Assembly: GCF_009834535.1 (NCBI RefSeq)
Contig: NC_045708.1
Location: 5,580,001-5,644,000, forward strand
Direction: 5' to 3'
Source: Camelus ferus
Lineage: Eukaryota
DNA: 64,000 nt
In this document: positions 1-13,860 of the stretch, in pieces
Layout of the letters: each line of letters begins with the position of its first letter
How positions within the stretch are numbered: position 1 is the stretch's first letter
Position numbers and translations under genes: made by a program
The notes under the pieces: model-generated
Databases searched by the model: none
What the model was told of the DNA's origin: nothing
Seen by the model: only the letters and a program-made list of their open reading frames with translations

Positions 1-419
1 GGATGGAGTTTCATGAGAACACTTTCTGCTGGGATAAAAATCCACAGGTTTGAAAATCTGTATTTGTGGGTACATATCTATCTCCCCACCTCCTCTGATG
101 GGCCATCCTAGCAGAATGAATATATAAAAGCCACTGTATTTATTTAATCAAATCTGTGCTTCCTGATCTCGACAGATGTCCCTTAGAGGGTCAGGGATCC
201 TGCCAGCCTTCAAAACAAAAGCAAGTTACCAGCCTCACTTGACTGTGTTTTAATATAGGGAGGTATCAAAATCAAGCCTGCACCCAAAACAAACCAACCA
301 ACCAAAACTAACTTTTTAAAAGAGCAGCTGTTCATTCCTTCTGCCCTTCCATGAACCTGGGAAGATCTCTCCCATGACCTACAGAACCAACGCTCACTAA
401 AACCAAGCCTTCCCGTTCA

Positions 420-656
<237 letters not shown>

Positions 657-899
657 CTAAAACAACAACAACCATTTTAGTTTGTTAATTGTGCCAAAGG
701 ACACAATTGGAAGCAAATCAATACAAGGGGAACCCTGCATTTACTCTAACAGAAGAGTCATGAAATGGGCATACAAGAGTCAGGGTCGTTTCAGTCAGCA
801 TGATGATTTGTTCTTAACCAGTCCCCAGTTCCAGCTGCTCTGGGAGAGGGAAACAGGGAAGGCAGAGAACATTCTGGCCGTAACAGGGATAAGATGAGA

Positions 900-1130
900 G
901 TAGCAATAACAAATACTTATTGAATACCGGGCCTGGCCCACTGCTAAGTACATTCCACGCACTCATTATCGTTCTTAGTCCTGCAAGGAAGGTATTCCTT
1001 CATTTAGTCTTCCGGGGTAAGAGTTTACGGATGAGGAGACTGAGGCACTGAAAGGTCAAGCAAAAGTGCCCACAATCATGAGCCAGCAGGCGATGGAGCC
1101 AAGGCTTGAACCCAGCCCATGTGATCCTGA
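900..1130 (-). mobile_element. MIR SINE
   Basis: ttacggatgaggagactgaggcactgaaaggtcaag core. Confidence 0.8.
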
Positions 1131-2206
1131 CTATTGTCCCATTTTCCCCAAAGCGACCTAAAGACAAACTAGAGTATGTTCTTTAGCATCAACTATAGTC
1201 ATCCCAGCAAAAGAAATCTCAAGTACCTAAACATGGAAGCCTTAACTCTCACCCCGTAACAGTACACTAACTTCTCAGCACATGCGAACAAAGATGCCGG
1301 CTCACCTGCACGGCACTTCAGGACCGCACTTCTCTCCAGACAAAGCTATTGAACGTCCTTTCGCTCCACATCCTTCTCAGCTCTGGGCACTGCCTGGCAC
1401 CACCGATCCCTCTCTATAGTGCAAAGAATCTCCTACCTTGGCTCCTGGGACCCCATCCACTCCCTGGTCCTGAGTCTCCCCTTGCAGACCACAGAGAGAA
1501 GCAGCAGGTAGAAAGAGCCTCCTGCTCGATCGGCCGTCCCGCACCGTGGCTGTCCCTCCACATTTCTCACTGCAAATCTGCCTTTGCTTTACACATCTAT
1601 TCCTCTGACACAAGACTCTGTTTTGGCTAAGACTCTTACCTCCAGTACCTAACACAGTCTGTAGCATAAGGTGATACAGAGAAATACTTGTCAAATTAAT
1701 AAACAAACACCTTCAACTACTGTCCCTATATAGACTCAACCCAAATCTAAATCTCGGTGTCTTCAAATTCTATCAGCCTAATGCTGACTGAGTGCCTATT
1801 ACGTTCCAGGCCACGTACCAGACCCCCGGGATACAGCAATAAACAAAATGCCCTCATGCAGTAAACATTCTCACCCTTTCACCAGTGCTTCAAACCCTTA
1901 CTTGAAAAATTCACCAGAATTTGCTGAATCCTCAATACAAATAAAATACAAACCTTAGTTTATTTCTGGAAACTCACAAACTAGTGAGGATGTGTTGTGG
2001 GGATACCACACACACAAGATGAAAAGATCAAGCAGGTCACAGTAATTCCTATTAACTAGGTGTAGACCAGGAGCTACAGACTCAGTCAAGGACAGAGCCC
2101 TGCATCTCCTTCTTTAATAGAAGACTTTTAAGAAGAACCTACAGACTGCCTTCCTAGCAGCTGCAGCCCCAGGGCTGGGCATATAGTAAACCCGTGATAA
2201 GTGTTT

Positions 2207-2238
2207 GTATGTATGTATGTATGTATGTATGTATGTAT
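2207..2238. repeat. (GTAT)8 microsatellite at an L2 tail
   Basis: Direct read of the sequence. Confidence 0.95.
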
Positions 2239-3018
2239 AAATCAACCAATCTATCTGAGACATACACTGCAAATCTCTTCTAACTATTCAACTGCTGTTG
2301 GAAAGGATATCACAAATACCCATCTTCATTGCTCGTTCAGCAAAACAGAAAGTTACTAAAAATTAAAATTTCCCAAGTTACTCTCACACTTTACAAGACC
2401 CCAATTTATTTTAAGCCCAGACCACCCAAAGAAGGCCAGGCCATACGTTAATTCTAACAGGAAGTCAACTACCTTAAAACAAAATAGCTACAACAATGAT
2501 CAGTGTAGAATCCTGTTGTGCTGGTGGTAGAGTGTGGGTGAGTGTATCCGTGTGGAGCGTATGTAAATGCTAAATATTAACTTATGTATTTTTATGACAT
2601 TCATCATTAGACTACTTTAAAAATAAAACAGTATACTGTAAGTACTATACTAACTAAATACTGTACTAAACTATAATTTTCAAATATTTGAAAACTGTCC
2701 AATCTAGCCTTCTTTCAGGGGTATAAGAAATAAAAGTAAAGTCAGATTTTCATACCTTGCCTAGTATTCCAAACAAGCAGATAGTTGCCAAGTTCTGTAA
2801 TATAATGCGGATCTATAATGAGAGCTTAACAACATGGATCGAAACTGAGTAAAAGGGAAAACTGAACGGCTATTTAACTTTTTAAAAAACATACATTTTA
2901 GTGATACTTTGAAATCAATTCAAGTTGATCAAATCATAAATTCTTAATAAAAAGCTCATGGCTAATTAACAATATTTTATAAGAGGTAATTAGAGTAAAT
3001 GAGGGTAATTACAAAGAG

Positions 3019-3268
3019 AGTGATCAAAAACTAGGGACCCTGGAGCCAGACTATCTGGACTCGAATTCCAGCTCTACTACTTAACTAGCTGTGTGATCTC
3101 GGGCAAGTTACTTATCCTCTTTGGCCCTCAATTTTATCACTTTTTAAAAGTGAGTATAATAATAACACCTACCTCTTAGGGCTACTGTGAGGGTAACATT
3201 AGAAAATACATGTAAAATCGCTTAGAATGTACCTGGCACACAGTATGCTAAATAAATGAATGTTAGCT
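3019..3268 (+). mobile_element. MIR SINE, near full length
   Basis: ggagccagactatctggactcgaattccagctctactacttaactagctgtgtgatctcgggcaagttactt...cctggcacacagta. Confidence 0.9.
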
Positions 3269-6200
3269 TTTTGTTTTTAAAAGGAAAGAGGAAAAAAATG
3301 AAGGAAGCAGTCTCTACTCAATTTTCATCAATTTTTCTAGAATAGAGAGTAGCCTTTTTGGAGACAGAAAAAGAATTGTTAAAGTATAAACAAAACCACT
3401 TATGTTTCACATAATTACTCATGTTAATAATTAATGAAACTTGATTAAAACTCTGGTATAGCACACAGAAAAAACCTTAAAATTTTAAATCATATAAGCC
3501 TGATAACAGGAAATTACTCATAAGAACACAAGGCCCATTCCAAAAGTGAACGAGTGAATGAAGTCATTAATCCCCATGACATTCCTGCCTTTTGGTGAAC
3601 CAAGGAGAGCTTTAAATGAGCTGGAAGAAATGCTCTGAGTGACGTACTGAGCTTGTGGCTGTTCAGTTTACTGGAGAGGCCAGCTGCTGCTTGCACAATG
3701 CCCGCCAGTCAAATTTCTAGTGAGGGGCTTAGGAGAGAAAGTTTTCCCCTAAACATATCCCAGTATTCATGCTTCCTTTACAAACCTTTACTTCAGATTA
3801 CACTTTCCCCCGAAAAAGTTGCTGCGATTTATGTGATAAACTGAGCTTCCTCTGGCTCCTCCATCCTCTGAAGAAGGGTCATTTCCTCCTCTCCCTTGAT
3901 CCACCGTCAGCTTGTCCTCTTACAATATTCCTGTTCCTGACCTTTGCATGCTATAACCCCAATAAATATTCAGTGCCTGCCTCTCCCAGGGCTACACAAA
4001 GACACAGCTGAAAAGTAAAGGTTGTGTTAGATGTTGCTGTGCTGTGTTACTAATTTCATAAAGGCTAATACAAAGTTCTGTTCCAGCACACCCTCGCCCT
4101 AGGAACCCAAAGGAATGGTTCTAAAAGTCACACTCTTCTTTACGTTACAAACATTTATTTCCACTTTCCAGGAATTGTGTCTGAGGAAATTCTGAAAGCT
4201 TTACATCTTTAAAGAAATACTTCAATTATATTTTATTAAAGATATACTTTTTAACATATTAAAAGCTGTTACTGCCTGCATAGCTTCACAAGAATGATGA
4301 TTATCTTCCGAGCACTTTGGGAAAATTATTGGAGTTCAGGACATCCTTCATTCCTTCCACAAATATTTACTGAGTGCTGAACTGTGCCAGATACCATTCC
4401 AGGTGACAGGGGCAGACAGAGCTGTGCGTAACACCGACAGTGGACAGCAGAAACGTCTGACTGAGAGAATCAGTTACTGCTCCAGTGTGACACGCCTATC
4501 TACACGTCACATCCAAACCCTCAGGTCCTGCAAGGCTGAGCTGTTGGGTTCTACCTTCTTTGCTCAATATCTTATCAGGCACAAGAAAGCCCTTCTTAAA
4601 AGGGGTCTGTTTTCTAGATGATTATGAAGATTTTCTTTCTTCAGACTAGGGCCAAAATAATGTTCAAGGAAGAGCTTAACTGGTTGTTTCAAATGTATCC
4701 TCATATAAGTGAAAGATGGTAAGTTTACCAAAATACTGGTTATCTCAACTCTCTAAAAACTATCATTAAAAATATTCCCCTCAAATACAGCATTGAGCTC
4801 TGAAGAACTGGGATAATCTCATTCTGGGAAAAACATGACGTGGGTTTCAAATTTTAAACACTCAGTCACGACCACACAGGTACATCAATACAGGAAGTCC
4901 GTGCAGGCTTCCCGAAATCTCTAAGGTAAAAGGCCCCGTAGTGCGGGTAAGACTTCCCTACCACTTGCCCAGAAAAGACTGCTCAAAGACGCTGCAATGA
5001 AGAACCTCAGATGTCTTACAGCTTCACTTTGCAGTTTTAGAAAAGCAATTAAAGCAAGATAAGTAAACCTTTCCATAAATTTTGCAGCCAAGTCAGGCTG
5101 AGAAAATCTGGGATTAAATGCAATTTTAATGTAAAGAGAAATGCACCATTTTGGAGCTACTGGGAAAAGATCATTGCAAAAAGCAGGGCCACAAATACAG
5201 CACCTTTATTCAATCAACTTCCAATCTTCATAAGCTACTGGCTGAGGAAGAACTGAGGTTTTCCACCATCCCCATTACCTGCCAGCCACTAAAGCAGGAT
5301 GTCATTCAGCAAAAACCACTGTTTTCAAATTCATCACCACAGGGTCTGGGTGTGCATGTGTGTGTTTAATCCAATGACTGGGGAAGTGTGCACTTGTAAA
5401 TCTGCCACTTCCACATCACTGAACTGCAAGTCTGCACTTAGACACAAGAAAAGCCATCTTCCCTAAACCACAGGTCAGTATCTGGGGAACCTGGTAACAA
5501 AAATGGTGATTTTTCACCAATCTACTAGCCTTTTAAGTCACTCCATAGTGGAACTACCCGTTTGCTGTTTCCCAGCAGTCTGTCATCTGGTTCCTGGACT
5601 CAATCCACAGAATCCTCCTATCTTGGTTTGTTTGTTGTGAAAGAGTGAGCACAAGGGAGCTCTTCCCCTATTGGGTACCCAGCCCTCCTCAGCCACGCCT
5701 TTCGGTGCCCACGAGACCCAGCGGGGCATCCCAGCCCTAGAGGCAGGCTGCTTACACCCCATTTTCTACCTTCCATCCACTTAACAAAGAGCTCCTGAGC
5801 GACCACTGGCCCCCATCCTGTGTCAGCACCCGCAGCAGGTACCAGAGCCCCGGCCGCAGGACGGCACACAGACACTGGCAGAGTGGACGGGGGAGGGAAG
5901 ACGTGCTGAAAACAACAGCAGCTTCTGAGTAACAAACTCCTGGTTTGGCTCTACCATAAGTAACGCAACCACTGCACTGAATCCCGCAGAGCCAAAGACC
6001 CTGCGCCACACGCCACTGGACACATTCAGCTGCTGCGTGAAAAGCCCTCAGGACTCAGTTGCTCAGATGGCCGCTTCTACACAAACTGCTCCACCATCAG
6101 TGCTCCTGCAGCCGAGGGAACACAGTGCGGGATGCGGGCAGGAGACAAAGCCCTGTTAGCAGCTCCGTCACAAACCCGCTGAGCTGAGGTTTTCATCTGA

Positions 6201-7014
6201 CAAATGGGCCTAACACCACCACCGCTCAGCTGTGTCAAAGGACAATGGAAAGCAGTAAATGAGACACAAAGTGACAAGACACTGAAATGCCAAAGAGCTA
6301 TGAAGTGCCTAGGGGATCACTGTGGGGAGTGATACTTACTGCAGGTAAATGGCTCTTACCTAAGACTAGTCAAGCCACCAGAGGGTCAATGGAGCCAACG
6401 GTGCTGGTGACAATACACCTTCCACTGTCTTGCTACAGCCTCTGACCTCTCCGTGATTAGCAGGAAGAAAGGGTCAGGCCACAAGAAGAAAAACACATTT
6501 CTGCATAATTGCCCAAGTTTAATCTGCCACTCTCACTCAGCCTGACAAACCATTCTCTGCTTAGGACTTTCTATATAATTTAATCTATATAAGTGCTTTA
6601 CTGGCAAGCTTCTCAAAAAAATAAATAATACTTAATGACTGGCTACAGTTTAATTAACTCATGATTGAACTTCTTATGGATTGCTATAAACATTAAATTA
6701 TATCCTTCCTCAAAGCCGCCATGGATGGAAATCTTGGTTCAAGCTTTAACTCTCTGCCTAAAATAATTCAGACATTTTAGCAAATCTGTATATTGGACAG
6801 AGAGGTGAGAGAATCGACCTTAATGCCTGGTTATACAGTGTGTTATTTTATACAGCAGGGACGAGGTCTTAATTTAAATAAGACGGAAAATGTGCACATG
6901 TCCAAACACCTCATTTATATTACAGCAATCATTAAACTTCTCTGGATCTGGGGCAGTCTTATTAGCATAAACTCTGCGTATTACCACAGGGTTTCAAGTT
7001 TCCACTCTGGCTTC

Positions 7015-7218
7015 NNNNNNNNNNNNNNNNNNNNNNNNNNNNNNNNNNNNNNNNNNNNNNNNNNNNNNNNNNNNNNNNNNNNNNNNNNNNNNNNNNNNNN
7101 NNNNNNNNNNNNNNNNNNNNNNNNNNNNNNNNNNNNNNNNNNNNNNNNNNNNNNNNNNNNNNNNNNNNNNNNNNNNNNNNNNNNNNNNNNNNNNNNNNNN
7201 NNNNNNNNNNNNNNNNNN
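7015..7218. other. Assembly gap (204 N)
   Basis: Run of N. Confidence 1.
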
Positions 7219-10200
7219 TTAGATCAAATGGCACTGCATCTGGCAGTTTCTGCTACACTAAAGCATCCTTTTGCAATTATAGCCATTATAATAACTGTAG
7301 AAAAAGCCTATCTGAGTGAGACTGCATTCATGCTAGATTTTAAATAATTGCAGTCCATTAAAAACAATGATCAGATTTCAAAATCTTCTGTTCTGCAAAA
7401 TACACTGTTTATTTACAAGAAACTACCAAAATAACTTAGAAAGGAAAAAGTGGTGGAATTTGGAAAAGATCTTAAAATTCTTTATGTAATTTTAATTATT
7501 TCTCACTAACATGAGAAAGACCTTGCTGAAATCCAAGACAAAACTCTAAAAAAATTTTTCTCACCGTCCATAATTCACAAATACCAATGTATTTCGATTC
7601 ATACCTCCTTTACCAGTGACCTAATACCAAGCTCGAAATTGATACATGTATACAGTTTAAAACTAGAGTTAAAACTAAAAGCACAATGTTTATTTTTATT
7701 TGGCCACTGTCACTCCAAATAATGCTATGTAAGCACTGGAGAGGATAAATTTATCTAAATACTCTTCTGGGCACTCATCTAAGAGATAATGGCAAAGACA
7801 AAATTTAGCTGCTGAAAGCAAGGGTTGAGGGAAAGATCTTGTTCATTTTCAGAAGGAAATACACAGTCGCTGGACCAGTCCTCCCCCTCCAACCCTCTCT
7901 GAATAAGTGCAATGTCCCAGGAGTTTTGGCAGACCCTGGAGGCCAGGGGAGAAAGGTATGGGACCAATGTTTGCTGAGCAGCGCGTCCGCCCGGAACTCC
8001 TAGGTCTTTATGGTTCGGTCATCCCTCGTTCCACTCTTTTGTGGCAAGAGGACTAAAAATGAGGAAACAAAACTGAGACGTTCAGTATCTTGCTCAGGGC
8101 CACGTCCCTAGTAGGCAGCAGAGCAAGGACTTTAACGTGACCTCTAACGTGACGCCTAGGAAGCCTGAGACTTAGCCCCACCCCAAGCATCCATGCTGGA
8201 GCCGCCCGTCCTGACCAGCGGCTGGTGGGAACCATGCGCTCAGGGACCCCTCCAGAGGCAGGGCCACAGCAAGCACGAGGTCTTCTCCTAACCTGGGGGT
8301 CGGGGGGCGCAGGCAGGAGGAAGTAACCAGCCGAGTTCAGAGAAGAAGAAACACACACACATAAACAAAGTAATGAAATAGATGTATGATAAAAACACAC
8401 AAAGTGCCAACGATTAGGGTGAGATTTACACTGCTGAAAAACCAAGATGACTTCACAGAGCAGAGTTAAAAAATCAACAGTCAGTGTAATACGATTAACC
8501 TTGTCTACACTTAATGAAAAACCAAGAAATTAAAAACACAAGGAACAAGTAAAAATAGGCAGTATTATGTCTAGGTAATCTCCTACTTGTAACTGAATTT
8601 CCCATGGCTGATACAACACTGCCCTATTTCTCATTCACACTTACTTCCCACATTACAGTCTATCTAAAAATTAATGCGCCACCATCTCCTGGCTGTGGTG
8701 TTTTTGAAGGTATTCTAAATCCACCGAACGGAGCCTCAACCTAAAGGTGATTAGAAAGTAAACACCAAATGCTGGCACTTCAACTGAAGTCAGTAAACTC
8801 ATTTTAAAATATAGAACAATTCAAACTCTGAATGTCTTGGCCACTTATGACTATTGTCTATTTCGAGGCTCTAATTTGACGCTGTCTTTACAAACACAAC
8901 ACCTAGAAAGGAGAACCAGAGGTGGAGACCCTGCAGCCAAAGATACAGGATGGGGATTCCACGGAGCTGACGTTGAAACAGGATAGGGTGCCTGGCTCTC
9001 TAGGTCTGCCACTAGCTGTGCAAAAAAAGCAAATCATTTTTCTAAACCTCAGTTTTCCTGACTGTAGAAAGGGAGAATACAGAACCTATTTTAAAGGACT
9101 GTTTAGGATGAAATAAGATACATGGCAATCATTGGGCATGATTCCTGGAGAAGGAAATGTTCCACTAAGGAGAGCTGACTCTCAGGGATGAGGAGGGATG
9201 ACTGTCATGGGAAACAGCTCTGTGCTAAGGACAGCAGACCAGCTTCAGAGCACCCTAGGAATGGACTGTACTCCACAGCACTTAAAGGACAAGACGAAAG
9301 ATGGGACTGAGAAGGGAAACACCAGAGAACCTGGTGGTTTGTTGGGAATCTAGAGGAATGCTGACTCGGGGTAACCAGGCTTCTCTGGCGAGGGTTCCCG
9401 GGCTGCAGGGGGAAGAGCCACGGGCCAGGCAAAGGGGGCCGGGGGCACGGCCTCCACGCAGCAATGTGGCCCCAGTTGCTCCTCATCTGCAGCAGAGGGG
9501 CTGAAGTAGGTCACTTTGGGGAACTTTCCAGTTTTTCACATTCCTTCTGTTTATAGACATTTTTTAAAGGTGAAATACTAAAGAACATTCTTTTAAAAAA
9601 TGAATAAATAAATGGTAATAATATTAATACATTCATTTGGAAAAATAAACAAACAATATAGCCACAGAACTAGGCCAAACACTGACTAGCTACTGCAGAG
9701 GCTTGACTCACACCTTAGGGATTAAGGTTAGTGTCTCTTAGTTTTCAGGTCTCTGTGAAAGCAGGAACAGTTTATGCCACATGTCTTTAAATGAAGTCAT
9801 GAGTAGTTAATCAACTACACAGTTAACATGTATATAAACTTGCTTCTCAGAAACAAAACCGTTCCTCCTGCTTTCCACATGTGAGCCCCAGCACAGGATG
9901 CACAGAGGCTGCCAGGGCACTGAGACTCCAGCCCATGCATCTAACGGGAGGCTGATCCCTTAGGGCCCAGGGAACAAAACCACCAGTGGTAAGACGCAGC
10001 TTAATGATAGAGAATGAGTGTGACTGGCCACAGAGAAAAACTACCGGCAGATTCAGGAATCATAATTATTTGTCAATTTAGAAAGACCCGTGTCAGATCA
10101 CAAGTGGAAACAGTTCAGGGCCACAGTGGAAATTAAAATCCTTTTTTCTCTTATTCTTAGAATCTTCACAGTACTGAAAAGAGAAAAACAATATGTAAAG

Positions 10201-11853
10201 CTTTAATCTAGAGGGTGACAGAAAAAACACGATTCTACCCACCGAGTGTAGGCATTAGTGAGCCCAACTAAACTCAACTAGAAAGCGTATGTGAAAGGTC
10301 AGCAATAGGTCAAGTTTAAGCAGATTCCTTCAAATAGTTAATTTAAAACTAAATAAATAAAACAAACAAAAACAACCCCAAGACCAGCTGCATCAGTATT
10401 AAGAAAAAAACATTTACAGAAAGTGCTTTAAATCCTACTCAGTAGAATTTAGGTGGAGAAATGGCTGCTTCCAATCCATGGGGCTCAGCAACCTTAACCT
10501 TGGAGATTTTTGACTAGTAATTTTAAGGCTGTGTAAACAACAGCACAGCTTTTCTTTTTGGTTGCAGTGATAAAGTAATGGAACAAAGAAAATCAAAGAG
10601 GCATATACCAAAGCATGTGAGACCACAGAGTCGGGAAAATTTCTGATTGACTGCTCTTTTATCTAGAAATCTCAACCAAGAACAAAGCTAGTGACTAAGA
10701 AATGAGCAAAAAGGCTCTGAGCAACCATAGCAGTGCCCTCAAGCAACAGCCCAGAGAACCAAGCAGCCCTCCCCTCTGAGCCTCACACAAGTACCTTCCT
10801 AACAATTCTGGATTTCCCAGTCTGATGACAGGTCTCAAAAGAACAAATGAGAAAGACTGTGTGATTTCAGAACAGAGCAGAGTTAGAAGAGAGCCTGAAC
10901 TTAGCAAAATATTATGCAAACCACAGATCTCAAACTCTGACAGTCACACACACCTGGTGTGATGGCCACCAGTACTGTGACTCAGTGGCATCAAGTGAAG
11001 GCAGACCTGATTTGAGAACACATGAAAACATGTACCTCATTCGTGAAATGGGAAAAAAAACTATGGAGGAAAATTAAGATTGAACCTTCCTAACTAGTCC
11101 TCCAAAGCACTGGAGTTAGCTGGAACACACAGCCCAACAATACTGTGGGCAGGGAGCAGGCAGGCCAGTCAGCAGACAGAGCAGCAAGAAGGGCAAGGGC
11201 GTGGCAGTCGGGGTAGTGACCTCAGAAGCCCAGCCAGTGCCCAGCTGTGGGGAAGGTCCATCTCCTGGGGAAGAGGGCTGAGCTCAGGGCAAGGCTGCAG
11301 GAGTGGAAATGGAACAGAGGACAGAGATTTAAAACAGCAACAGCTTCGCAGGTAGCCAGGGCTTACCCCAGGCCATCTCAGAGATCTGAGAGATCAAGGC
11401 TATAAGCGTCACGAGCCCTTGTCCCCGAGGGCCCCCGAGGAGCAGACTCCGTTAGGCCCAGGCCAGGACCTGGACAAGCTGGGTTCAGAGCTGCGTGGGG
11501 CCAGGGTAAACCCAAGGAGGAAATCCTCAGCACCCGGACAGGTCAGAATACACCTGTTACCGTGTTGGGTACGTACGGCAAGCCTGTTATCTAAATAAAT
11601 ACGTTCTCTGTACAAAGGAAGCCAAATACATTATACTATATACCAATTTTATAAATCAAATACCTTCAGATGTTACAGAAATATCACAGCCACTACTAGA
11701 ATATTTTCATACCCTCAATATTAAAAATTCCAGTTAAATCTAAATAAATTATAACTGATAGAAAAGAAAATACAAATGAACTATTACAAAAAATTAAAAC
11801 TAAGCATTGTAAAATTCATTTTAGTAACATTTTATGTAACAGTAAAATCCAAC

Positions 11854-12325
11854 TGTGCCAGGCTGAAAAACGACCACAAGAAGACATCACATCAAATCTC
11901 TGGAACACATGATTGTGAATTTATCTGGAAAAAGGGTCTTTTGCAGGTGTGATTTTGATTAAGTTAAGAATCTTAAGATGAGGAAATAATTCTAGATTAT
12001 CCATGTGGGCTCTATATCCAATGACAAGCATTCTTATAAAAGAGGGGCAATGGAAAAACACAAACCAGAGAAGACATGACACAGAGAAGAAGACAACGTA
12101 AAGACAAGCAGAGAAATATGTGGCCACAAACCACGGAAACCACGAGTTACTGAATGCTGGGAGAGGCAAAGAATGACTCCCCACCATGGAGCTGGACGGA
12201 GGGAGGCCCAGAGATGCCTTTATTTCAAACTTCAGGCCTCCAGAACTAGGAGAGAATACAATCTGTTGTTTTAAGCCACCAAGTTTGTGGTTAATTTGTT
12301 ACTGCAGCCACAGGAAACTAATACA
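11854..12325 (+). mobile_element. MLT1 (MaLR) solo LTR
   Basis: gggtcttttgcaggtgtgatt...ttttaagccaccaagtttgtggttaatttgttactgcagccacaggaaactaataca, the typical MLT1 3' end. Confidence 0.85.
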
Positions 12326-13659
12326 CCCATCTTCAAAATTTGGGAGTAAAAAAATTTATCTAGGAGAGCTATAAAAGAAAGTATTCCAAAATATACTTCA
12401 AACTAGCATGGAAAACATACACACTAGGACAAAATTATAAATTTTAGTATTCTATAGGACATTTTAAAAGTGATGTTAATATATGAGTCCCTTTATAACT
12501 CATGGGCCTACTTTGTTCTAGGATTAAATGCTTACTTAGATATCAACACTTTCATCAAACACTCTCCCATAAGGGCTTTCTTTGCAAAAGAGCAGGGACT
12601 CGACCACATTTCTCACTGAATAAATAAATGAATGCATGATTTCATTAAAACCTCTTCTAAAATGTAGAAAGACTAAAGGCTTTCCTCCTGATTTCCTAAA
12701 TACTCACTATGTTAATGTTAATGATTGATACAGGTTCACAGATGTTAAAATTCTAACTAGCTGATGTTAAATGGACATTTTTCAAAACATCAAGTAAATC
12801 TCCAAACATTTTCAGTATTCAGCACACACACAAAAAAATCATATGAGAAAGAAATTTCTTAAATTAGCAAAGGAACTTTCTAACTTTCGGCAAACAAACA
12901 CAAAAGCTGAATCGTATTTGTTAATCCCTGCTGAGAGCCGAGGAGAAAGGACAGAGGTGCACGGACAGGCTGCAGCATGAACAGGCTGTTTTAACTGCCT
13001 GAACAACAAAGCCCCCAAACTGCAGATTCACCGGACGTTTCAAGAGGACTGTTATAAGGCACTGGCCTCAATTCTATACTATCCTTAAGTTTAAATGATT
13101 ATATAGGTAAATATATGACAGAACGTACTCATTAATCTGCAGGTGATAACCACATATCTCACAGAATGGTTTTACTGATTAAATGAATCCACTCATAAAA
13201 AGCACTTAAACTTTTGCCTAATACATAAATACTCAACCAAGAAACACATTTTAATTTTATTATTAATACTGTTGTTACTAATGACTTCAGGCAGCTGACC
13301 AATAGTCGATTCCTACTAAAATGCAAGTAACAGTGATGAGCTTGAGGTCCCGCGCCTGGTTCAAAATTCAGTCAGAAAGCTGAGAGTGCAGGAGAAATGG
13401 CTTAGCAAAGGCAATTATACAAAGAAAAATGAAACGAAACAAGACAAAGACAAAACACAAGAGGAAAAAGGATGTTATAAGCACACATTCAGGAAAGCTC
13501 AGACTGCACTAAAATGAGATTTTAGGATAACTGAAGATAACTCCTTGCCACCAGATGCCGATCAAATCTGGCAAGTGCTACTTCAGTGTAGGTGCCACAT
13601 TTCAGAAGACATACAGACAAAGCTGACCAGAAGGAGGAAGAAAACAGCTGGGCAGAATA

Positions 13660-13860
13660 ACGGCTGCCTGGGGTGGGGTGAGAGGAGGTGGGGGTGACGA
13701 AAGAGCACAGGTTTCTCTGGGGGATGAAAATATTCTAAAATTGATTGTGACGGTGGTTGCACAAATCTGAGTATACTGAAAGCCATTAGACTGTATACTT
13801 TAAATGTGTGAAACATACAGTATGTGAATTCTATCTCAATAAAGCTATTACATAAAGTGA
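13660..13860 (+). mobile_element. L1MB-type 3' tail
   Basis: ggggatgaaaatattctaaaattgattgtgacggtggttgcaca...tatgtgaattctatctcaataaagct. Confidence 0.8.

Noticed and set aside
1641-1659. 19-nt pseudo-exon ending GAG|gtaaga
   Set aside because: Lies in L2-tail-like repeat sequence with no other support.
6715-6780. Perfect Kozak gccgccATGG with a 19-aa plus-strand ORF
   Set aside because: No promoter or splice context; antisense within an intron; could equally be a YY1-like motif or chance.
6793-7347. 184-aa ORF
   Set aside because: Its length comes from reading through the N gap.
11527-11541. RE1/REST-like TCAGCACC-C-GGACAG
   Set aside because: The half-site spacer is 1 nt rather than the canonical 2 nt, so binding is unlikely.
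13545-13563. CTCF-like ttgccaccagatgccgatc
   Set aside because: Partial match only; cannot be scored without a PWM and is expected by chance in 64 kb.
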